30,659 nt of DNA from a virus (lineage: Duplodnaviria; Caudoviricetes): the IMG/VR virus record IMGVR_UViG_3300027142_000034, positions 1-30,659 of that record, one strand, 5' to 3'. The translations under genes and the position numbers were made by a program. This document shows positions 8,086-14,866 of this stretch, piece after piece (the first letter of the stretch is position 1; every line of letters begins with the position of its first letter). Under the pieces are notes generated by a model. It searched no databases and was not told the DNA's origin. It saw only the letters and a list, made by a program, of their open reading frames with translations.

Positions 8086-8400
8086 TTATGCTTGTGATAC
8101 GGATGTAAGTACTACCTGCTTAAGGCCTGGCTTACGGTCTTTGTTATCAATGTTTGGACGGCGGTCCCAGCGTGTGTTACCGATGCCTTCTGCGTTGATG
8201 TATGCAGTTGAATCTGCGAGCCAGTTAAGTTCTCGTAGTTGTGTAATTACATTCTCATCGAAGATAACTACACGTGTAGAGTCAGAGCAAATTTGGCGCC
8301 CTGTTGGTAGTTGTTCGTAGTCGTTGATGGTTGCTGTGTAGAAACCATTGCGGTCAACAACATTCTTGATAACGCTGTTCTTGAATGTGACTGTGTTCAT
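8086..8400 (-). CDS. Putative OB-fold single-stranded DNA-binding protein
   Basis: 104 aa with an SSB-like strand pattern (RVVIFD...YINAEG.GNTRWD...KQVVLTSV) and a strong A-rich RBS; lacks an acidic tail. Confidence 0.55.
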   Translation of the reverse strand: MNTVTFKNSVIKNVVDRNGFYTATINDYEQLPTGRQICSDSTRVVIFDENVITQLRELNWLADSTAYINAEGIGNTRWDRRPNIDNKDRKPGLKQVVLTSVSQA

Positions 8401-8432
8401 TTTGTTTCCTTTTCTGTTGGTAGTGTTGTTGT

Positions 8433-8469
8433 GCAGACCTGCTCCTGCACTTGTTCAGAGCAGGTCTGC
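8433..8469 (-). promoter_or_regulatory. Perfect 12-bp hairpin in the SSB-like gene leader
   Basis: GCAGACCTGCTC (8433-8444) / GAGCAGGTCTGC (8458-8469), 13-nt loop, A/C-rich unstructured flanks on the minus strand, no U-tract. Confidence 0.6.
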
Positions 8470-8478
8470 TTTGGATTG

Positions 8479-8841
8479 TTAGTTACAACTTGGACATACA
8501 GCGTGCTTATTGCATACCATGTGGCAGTCTTGGCACACGGTCTCATGTGGACCTAAGTCCACAACCAGTTCAAAGAACCTGTCGGATAGGTTGGTGACAG
8601 GTTCCATAAACTCGTTTCGTTCCTTTTCGTCGTTGTCAATGGTTACAGCACCTACCCAGTCGTGGCCAGATGGGCTGTCAACCCTATGCATGGGACGGTC
8701 GTATTGGTCACTGTTTTCGTCTACTAGGTCATGGGCGATGTTGGTCGCCCGTGAATCTCGTAGGTCTTGGCAGTCTACGCATAGTTCCATCTGAATCATG
8801 CACTGGTAGCATGGGTTGGAGACAGTCAGTTCATCAGACAT
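8479..8841 (-). CDS. Cys-rich early protein with two putative Zn-binding modules
   Basis: CYQC-x6-CVDC at the N-terminus and CQDC-x9-CPSC at the C-terminus; GAAAGG RBS; first gene of the left arm. Confidence 0.75.
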   Translation of the reverse strand: MSDELTVSNPCYQCMIQMELCVDCQDLRDSRATNIAHDLVDENSDQYDRPMHRVDSPSGHDWVGAVTIDNDEKERNEFMEPVTNLSDRFFELVVDLGPHETVCQDCHMVCNKHAVCPSCN

Positions 8842-8859
8842 TGTACTTTCCTTTCTTTA

Positions 8860-9161
8860 ACCTGATACACGCGATAACCTCTCGGTTCAGGATTACGCCA
8901 CTTTGAATCATGGCAGTCATCGGATAGCGCATTCTTGCGCTAGACGCGGGGCGTGGCTGGACTGCGAGCCTGCGAGCAGGCGCACATTCATGGGCGCTCC
9001 AGACACGGCGTTGCGGGGATTCCGCAACGAGTAGTCCTGTTGCGCTTATGAGTTAGCCCCCTTCCGCCGAATAGGCGGGAGGTGCGGGATAACGAATGCA
9101 ATAGGACTTGACAAACATGATACAAGGCGCGTAGTCCTGAGAGAGAGGATTCTGTTCAGGT
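8860..9161 (+). other. ~300-nt branched secondary-structure element (candidate ssDNA promoter/origin or structured ncRNA)
   Basis: Imperfect inverted repeat 8860-8919 / 9109-9161 enclosing hairpins 8925-8942, 8944-8954, 8957-9002, 9009-9029 and 9033-9108. Mismatches are mostly G.T on the plus strand. Confidence 0.65.
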
Positions 9162-9666
9162 CAGGCATTCTGGAGTGAGTACAGCACTGCCAAGTGTGGC
9201 TGCATGGAATGCTGACGCACTGCAGTCGGCTGACGGAACGGGCAGGTGAGGGGTTGCCATTGCCAAGGCTGAAACTATTTTTATTTAGTATGAAACAAAT
9301 AGTTATCTGACTGGGGCGCAGACATCTGGTCAAGCCCGCAGACTGCTAGCCGTAACAGGACCCACTGTACAGGACAGTAGAGCGGCAGCATTAAACAGTC
9401 TGTGGGTCTGTAAGACCCCAGAGTGTTTAATAGTCTTTCTAACCTGTAGTAGTATCTGCCATAAAAATATTTCCGTACAACAGTGCCCCTGATACAGGCA
9501 TTACTTAACAGTTTTTGGCAAATAAAAAATATTTTAAAATAAACCGTTCGGAATGGCTGTTTGAACGGGTTAATACTATATAGAGAGTATTTATTATTAC
9601 AGTAGCAAGTCTCTTAAAGACTTGCGTTACAGACTGTATCTACTGTCTGTTACAACTGACTGTAAC
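9160..9666 (+). other. Hairpin-dense non-coding region upstream of terminase (candidate genome end/packaging/late control region)
   Basis: Stems at 9160-9216, 9223-9313, 9273-9304, 9335-9406 or 9390-9431, 9544-9568, 9572-9591, 9605-9625, 9629-9650 and 9649-9666. Confidence 0.55.
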
Positions 9667-9687
9667 TATTGTAGATGGGACCATTCT

Positions 9688-11574
9688 GTGACTTTTCAAA
9701 AGGGGTCTAATAACCCTCAAAGTACCGCGCTGGCAGAGGCAAAACGTAAAGTTTTAGCCCTTGTAGCAGAGGGTATGTCGCCTAAAAAGGCGATGGAGAA
9801 TCTGGGCAAAAAGCCAGATACCATCCGAATCTGGATGCTTAGGGATAAAGAGTTTGCCGCCGATTTAGAGCAGGCTTTGCAGGATGCAAAGTCCAACTCA
9901 ATCAAGGCGTTGGGCATCGCAAAGGAGGAAATCACCTTTCCTCAGTTTAGCGAGATGTTCCTTGACCAGAGGGTGTTTCCACACCATATGGACTGGGTGG
10001 ACTTGCTAGAGGATAGACCCCCTTCTTGGCTCCATGATAATATGATTTACGAGCCTGGGGATAAAACCCGCCTCCTGATTAACGTGCCACCAGAGCACGC
10101 CAAAAGTACGGTCATTACCGTCAACTACTCAACTTATCGTATCGCCCTCAACCCTAACATCCGCATCATTGTGGTTAGTAAGACGTTGAACAAAGCACGC
10201 GAGTTCGTGTACGCAATCAAGCAAAGACTATCCCACCCGCGCTGGACAAAGTTGCAAACAACTTTTGGTCCTGAAGGGGGCTGGAAAGAAGACTCAGATA
10301 CTTGGCGAGTTGATACCGTTTACCTTGGGGGCGATGCGAGAAACTCAAGCGAAAAGGACCCTACCCTTCAGGCATTGGGTATGGGTGGTCAGATTTACGG
10401 TGCACGTGCTGACCTGATTATCCTTGACGACTGTATTACTACGGCTAACGCCCATGAGTTCGATAAGCAGATTGACTGGCTACAAAAAGAAGTTATTACC
10501 CGTTTGGGTAAGAACGGTAAGTTATTAATTGTTGGGACGAGAATTGCCACGCAAGATTTCTATAAAGAGTTACGTGACCCAAAGTATTGGTCAGGCGGTA
10601 AGTGTCCTTTTACGTACATGGGCATGCCTGCTGTTTTGGAGTATAGTGAAAAGCCAGATGACTGGGTTACTCTTTGGCCGAAGTCAGACCTACCGTGGGA
10701 CGGGGATGACGAAACCCCAGACGAGCAAGGACTCTTTCCCAAGTGGGATGGACAAGCCCTTGCCAAAAGACGCGGAGAAGTAACTCCCACTACATGGGCT
10801 TTGGTTTACCAGCAGGAGGATGTCGCAGAAGATTCTATCTTCCCACCCGCCCTGGTTCAAGCCTGTATCAAAGGAACACGTAAGCGTGGTATCTTGAAAC
10901 CAGGCGCGGTGGGACATCCGACTCAGGTTGAGGGATACACCATCATTGGTTTTGACCCTGCTATGGCAGGTAATGCAGCATTTGTTGCTGTTACTTATAA
11001 CAGGTCAGATTCTAAAATATACGTTTTAGACTGCATTAATATGGGAGACCCTACTCCGCAAAAGATTCGTAACACAATCGAAGAGTTGGTTTTAAAGTAT
11101 AAACCACAAGAGTTTCGTGTTGAGATTAACGCTCACCAGAAAGCCTACTCTCTAGATGATGATTTGCGTCAATGGCTATCCTCCTATGGAGTACGCCTAG
11201 AAGCGCACCACACAAATAAAAACAAGTGGGATACAAACTTTGGTGTTGCATCTATGTCAACACTGTTTGGAACCATGCGAGATAATAAGTTCCAAGGCAA
11301 TAACACTATTGAAATTGCATCTACTGATGGTTCAGAGGGCATGAAAGCATTAGTGCAGCAGTTGATTACATGGAAAGCAAATACCCGTGGCAAGACCGAC
11401 TGTGTTATGGCGCTATGGTTTGCGGTTATTCGCGCTAGAGAGTTTATGCAACAAACCTCATACATGAAGCGATACACCGAAAACCGCTGGACTACAAGAG
11501 CCCAGATGAATAGACGTGTATCAGTTAATTTAGACGAAGCCTTTGCAGAGCAATGGGCTGAGAACTACGGATAG
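9688..11574 (+). CDS. terL: Terminase large subunit with N-terminal HTH extension
   Basis: Walker A variant VPPEHAKS, Walker B LIILDD, coupling motif VGT, YQQ, nuclease IGFDPA and late D (TDCVMA). GTG 9688 is the likely start (GGGA upstream). Confidence 0.92.
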   Translation: MTFQKGSNNPQSTALAEAKRKVLALVAEGMSPKKAMENLGKKPDTIRIWMLRDKEFAADLEQALQDAKSNSIKALGIAKEEITFPQFSEMFLDQRVFPHHMDWVDLLEDRPPSWLHDNMIYEPGDKTRLLINVPPEHAKSTVITVNYSTYRIALNPNIRIIVVSKTLNKAREFVYAIKQRLSHPRWTKLQTTFGPEGGWKEDSDTWRVDTVYLGGDARNSSEKDPTLQALGMGGQIYGARADLIILDDCITTANAHEFDKQIDWLQKEVITRLGKNGKLLIVGTRIATQDFYKELRDPKYWSGGKCPFTYMGMPAVLEYSEKPDDWVTLWPKSDLPWDGDDETPDEQGLFPKWDGQALAKRRGEVTPTTWALVYQQEDVAEDSIFPPALVQACIKGTRKRGILKPGAVGHPTQVEGYTIIGFDPAMAGNAAFVAVTYNRSDSKIYVLDCINMGDPTPQKIRNTIEELVLKYKPQEFRVEINAHQKAYSLDDDLRQWLSSYGVRLEAHHTNKNKWDTNFGVASMSTLFGTMRDNKFQGNNTIEIASTDGSEGMKALVQQLITWKANTRGKTDCVMALWFAVIRAREFMQQTSYMKRYTENRWTTRAQMNRRVSVNLDEAFAEQWAENYG

Positions 11575-11583
11575 GAATATAAA

Positions 11584-11823
11584 ATGCCAGTACCATTAAT
11601 AGCAGCCGCAGCAGCGGCAGCAGCGGCAAGAATTGCAGCAAAAAAAATAGCACAACGAGCAGTAGGTGGCATTACAGGTGCTGGTGCTAAAAGCATTAAC
11701 AAAGTTTACAAACAAATGGGTCCTACAAAATCTCAAAAAGATACTATGAGACATGAGATTCGTATTGACCAAGAAAAATTAGCCGCAAAACAATATAAAG
11801 AACACTTAAAAAAGTTTAAATAA
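11584..11823 (+). CDS. Small basic poly-Ala protein
   Basis: AGGA RBS; nine consecutive Ala, Lys-rich; fills the terL-portal gap. Confidence 0.7.
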   Translation: MPVPLIAAAAAAAAARIAAKKIAQRAVGGITGAGAKSINKVYKQMGPTKSQKDTMRHEIRIDQEKLAAKQYKEHLKKFK

Positions 11824-11848
11824 TTTTTAATTAACCGTTAGGAAACCA

Positions 11849-13591
11849 ATGGCATTATCTATAGAACAGGTTGCTGCACGGGTTGAGTCCCTAAAGCACC
11901 GCTCTTCAGAGCGTGATAGTCGTCAGCAAGACGTGCTATCCGTTCGCAAAGGAAACATTTCTGAAGTTTATCCAGAGTTCTTTCCTGAAGGTGTAGATGC
12001 AAATGTAGTTGCTAACTTTATTGACATTGTTGCCCGTGACTTATCAGAGGTAATGGCACCATTGCCAGCAGTTAACTGCTCTGCTGTTAATGCTGCAAAA
12101 GATAATGCTCGCAGATTTGCAGATACACGCACACGTATTGCTAGCAATTATTTTTTCCATTCAGAATTACAAGTACAGATGTATACAGGCGCAGACTGGT
12201 ACATCACATTTGGATTCGTTCCTTTCATAATTGAATTGGACGATGAAGCAGGCATACCACGTATTCGCATAGAAAGTCCTATCGGGGCTTACCCAGAGTT
12301 TGACCGCTATGGACGTTGTATTGCTTTTGCTAAACGCTACTCACTATCACTTGGAGAATTGGTTAGCCAGTTCCCTGAGTTTGAATACCAACTGTTAGGA
12401 CGTGATGGTTACGACCAGAACCTTAATACACAGATGGATATTATTCGTTACTACGATAAGGACCAATCAGTAATTTTTGTTCCTTCACGTAATAACTTAA
12501 TTTTGTCACAGGCTAAAAATCCTATTGGCAAGATGATGGTAGTAGTAGCACGCCGTCCCTCTGTAGACGGCGAAATGCGTGGACAGTTTGATGATGTTCT
12601 TGGTATTCAGTTGCTTCGCAATCGTTTTGCATTACTTGCAATGGAAGCAGCAGAGAAGTCAGTTCAATCACCAATCGTAGTTCCAGGCGATGTACAGGAG
12701 TTTGAGTTTGGTGGAGATGCGGTTATCCGCACTAACTCACCAGCAGGAGTACGACGTGTCGAACTTCCAATTCCAGCAGGTGCATTTACAGAACAACAGG
12801 TTCTTCAACAAGAACTACGTATGGGTACACGTTACCCAGAATCTCGTACTGGAAATCTTGATGCATCAATTATTACGGGACAGGGTGTTCAGGCACTCAT
12901 GGGTGGTTTTGATACACAAGTTAAATCAGCACAGGCTATCTTTGCCTCTGCTCTTAAGAATGTTATTTCTCTTTGCTTTGAGGTTGATGAAAAGTTTTAC
13001 AACTTTGAAAAGACAATTCGTGGCGTAGATGCGGGAGCACCATACGCCGTTGACTATTTACCATCAAAGAATATCAAGGGTGACTACTCAGCAGATGTCC
13101 GTTATGGAATGCTGGCTGGTCTTAACCCAGCGCAGGGACTTATCTTTATGTTACAGGCCCTTGGCGGTAAATTAATTTCTAAGGATTTAGCACAACGTGA
13201 ACTTCCATTTGGAATTAACGTAACTCAGGAACAAGAAAAGATTGAAGTAGAAGAAATGCGTAACGCATTAGTCTCTTCATTACAGGCAAGTGCACAAGCA
13301 ATTCCACAGTTAATTGCTTCAGGCGGGGACCCAACTACTATCGTTAAGCAGATTGCTGATGTCATTCGACTTCGCCAATCTGGTAAGTCTATTGAAGACT
13401 CTATTAACGATGTATTCGCTCCAGAAGAATTACCTGCTGCTGGTGCACCTATGGTTGAGCAACCGTCCCCTGCTCCCGCCGCGCCAGCAGCAGGCGCTCC
13501 TGAAGCACCAGCGTCACTTCAATCTTTATTCTCTAGCCTTAGTGCCAGCGGTAGAGCAAGTGGTGGAGCAAGAACTGTAACGCGACAATAA
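11849..13591 (+). CDS. Portal protein
   Basis: 580 aa after terminase; helical/beta pattern typical of podovirus-type portals; Pro/Ala-rich tail. Confidence 0.85.
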   Translation: MALSIEQVAARVESLKHRSSERDSRQQDVLSVRKGNISEVYPEFFPEGVDANVVANFIDIVARDLSEVMAPLPAVNCSAVNAAKDNARRFADTRTRIASNYFFHSELQVQMYTGADWYITFGFVPFIIELDDEAGIPRIRIESPIGAYPEFDRYGRCIAFAKRYSLSLGELVSQFPEFEYQLLGRDGYDQNLNTQMDIIRYYDKDQSVIFVPSRNNLILSQAKNPIGKMMVVVARRPSVDGEMRGQFDDVLGIQLLRNRFALLAMEAAEKSVQSPIVVPGDVQEFEFGGDAVIRTNSPAGVRRVELPIPAGAFTEQQVLQQELRMGTRYPESRTGNLDASIITGQGVQALMGGFDTQVKSAQAIFASALKNVISLCFEVDEKFYNFEKTIRGVDAGAPYAVDYLPSKNIKGDYSADVRYGMLAGLNPAQGLIFMLQALGGKLISKDLAQRELPFGINVTQEQEKIEVEEMRNALVSSLQASAQAIPQLIASGGDPTTIVKQIADVIRLRQSGKSIEDSINDVFAPEELPAAGAPMVEQPSPAPAAPAAGAPEAPASLQSLFSSLSASGRASGGARTVTRQ

Positions 13592-13606
13592 TCTAAGGAG
13601 GGGACA

Positions 13607-14179
13607 ATGACAACATTAGTAGCAATTCAAGGTAATGGTTGGGCAGCAGTAGGTTGTGATTCCCGTTCATCTGGTGATGATGGTCGTTGTATGGAACTTG
13701 CAACACATAAGATTATTGAAAACAACGGAGTTTTAATTGCAGGTTCAGGGGCAAGCCGTGGCTCTAACATTTTACAGTTTGGGTGGAAAGCACCTAAGCC
13801 ACGTGTAACAGATGATTTAGATGTATTCATGACTCAGACATTTATACCAGAAATGCGTAAATTGTTTATAGATTCTGGTTATGATATGAAAGAAGACGGG
13901 GATGCAGCAGCACATGATTCGCAATTTCTTGTTGTCGTTCGTGGAGTTATTTATCCTATCTTTGAAGATTATTCTTGGGATAGGGATATGCGTGGTATTT
14001 ACTGTGCTGGGTCTGGTGCTGATATTGCTCTTGGTGCCATTGAGGCTTTTGCTGCAAGTAGAAAACAAACTACGCCAAAGGTGGCAGAGTTAGATATTAG
14101 AATGGCGATTAACATCGCTTCACGTTGGGATATTCACACGGCTGAACCAGTCATAGTGAAAGTACAACATGCAAAATGA
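13607..14179 (+). CDS. HslV/proteasome beta-like Ntn-hydrolase protease
   Basis: After Met removal: Thr1, Asp17 (CDSR), Lys34, Gly47 (AGSG), later AGSG and WDIHT; AAGGAGG RBS. Confidence 0.88.
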   Translation: MTTLVAIQGNGWAAVGCDSRSSGDDGRCMELATHKIIENNGVLIAGSGASRGSNILQFGWKAPKPRVTDDLDVFMTQTFIPEMRKLFIDSGYDMKEDGDAAAHDSQFLVVVRGVIYPIFEDYSWDRDMRGIYCAGSGADIALGAIEAFAASRKQTTPKVAELDIRMAINIASRWDIHTAEPVIVKVQHAK

Positions 14180-14445
14180 GTAAAACATTTAGAGACAAAA
14201 TTGAAGAAGCACTAAGAATCCTTATAGAAGAGGATGAGAAGGGGACTGATTACATCTGCGTCAATTGGTTGTTAATAACCGAATGGGCAGACTACGAAGG
14301 GTCCCGCTATTTACACACAGAAGTTAGTGAAGCCATGACACCATGGAATGCCTATGGCATGATGAAGATGGCTCAAGAATATAACAGCGAAGTGTTAGGC
14401 ACTAAGGCTGAAATTATTGATGACAAAGAAGAGGATGATGAATGA
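14176..14445 (+). CDS. Hypothetical acidic protein (89 aa)
   Basis: ATGA-coupled to both neighbours. Confidence 0.75.
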   Translation: MSKTFRDKIEEALRILIEEDEKGTDYICVNWLLITEWADYEGSRYLHTEVSEAMTPWNAYGMMKMAQEYNSEVLGTKAEIIDDKEEDDE

Positions 14446-14858
14446 TAACAGAATCTGGCGGACGTGGCGGTTACAAGAAGCCTTCTAATCCAACACCAGT
14501 TTCACTTCCTGGTGCTCTTTCTAGTCGTACTGATGGCTCTCCTACACAGGCTGCTACATACATTCCTGGTTTACCATACGGAGAAGGCGAACAAACATAC
14601 AGTAATCAAACAGCAGCACCTATGGCTGGTACTCCTTATGATGCACTTCCAGCACAACCAGTATCTTTAGATACACCAACACAGTATCCAGATGAGCCAG
14701 GAACTGCTGGCATTGACCGTGGTCCTGGAGGCGGTTCAGAACTTCTTGCTGGTATGCCAAAGCCAAAGCCAAACCCAATGGACACTCTTAAGAAAGTAAA
14801 TCTCTTTGATGATTCTGGAGAAGCAGAATTAATCTTAATGAACTTCTTCACTAGTTAG
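14442..14858 (+). CDS. Pro/Gly-rich putative virion protein
   Basis: 138 aa, low complexity, in the head module. Confidence 0.65.
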   Translation: MITESGGRGGYKKPSNPTPVSLPGALSSRTDGSPTQAATYIPGLPYGEGEQTYSNQTAAPMAGTPYDALPAQPVSLDTPTQYPDEPGTAGIDRGPGGGSELLAGMPKPKPNPMDTLKKVNLFDDSGEAELILMNFFTS

Positions 14859-14866
14859 GATACTTA

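Noticed and set aside
9046-9333. 95-aa minus-strand ORF in the junction
   Set aside because: No RBS, atypical composition, and it coincides with dense secondary structure.
8842-9687. tRNA, tmRNA, RNase P RNA, CRISPR array or retron ncRNA
   Set aside because: No T-loop/CCA end, no GAGGAAAGUCC, no regularly spaced repeats and no reverse transcriptase seen; an Rfam scan is still warranted.
9622-9687. Longer TTG start of terminase given in the ORF track
   Set aside because: It lies inside the palindrome row with no RBS; GTG 9688 is more plausible.
9688-10950. Apparently higher GC in the 5' part of terL, suggesting mosaicism
   Set aside because: An impression by eye only; it cannot be quantified here and no boundary repeat was seen.
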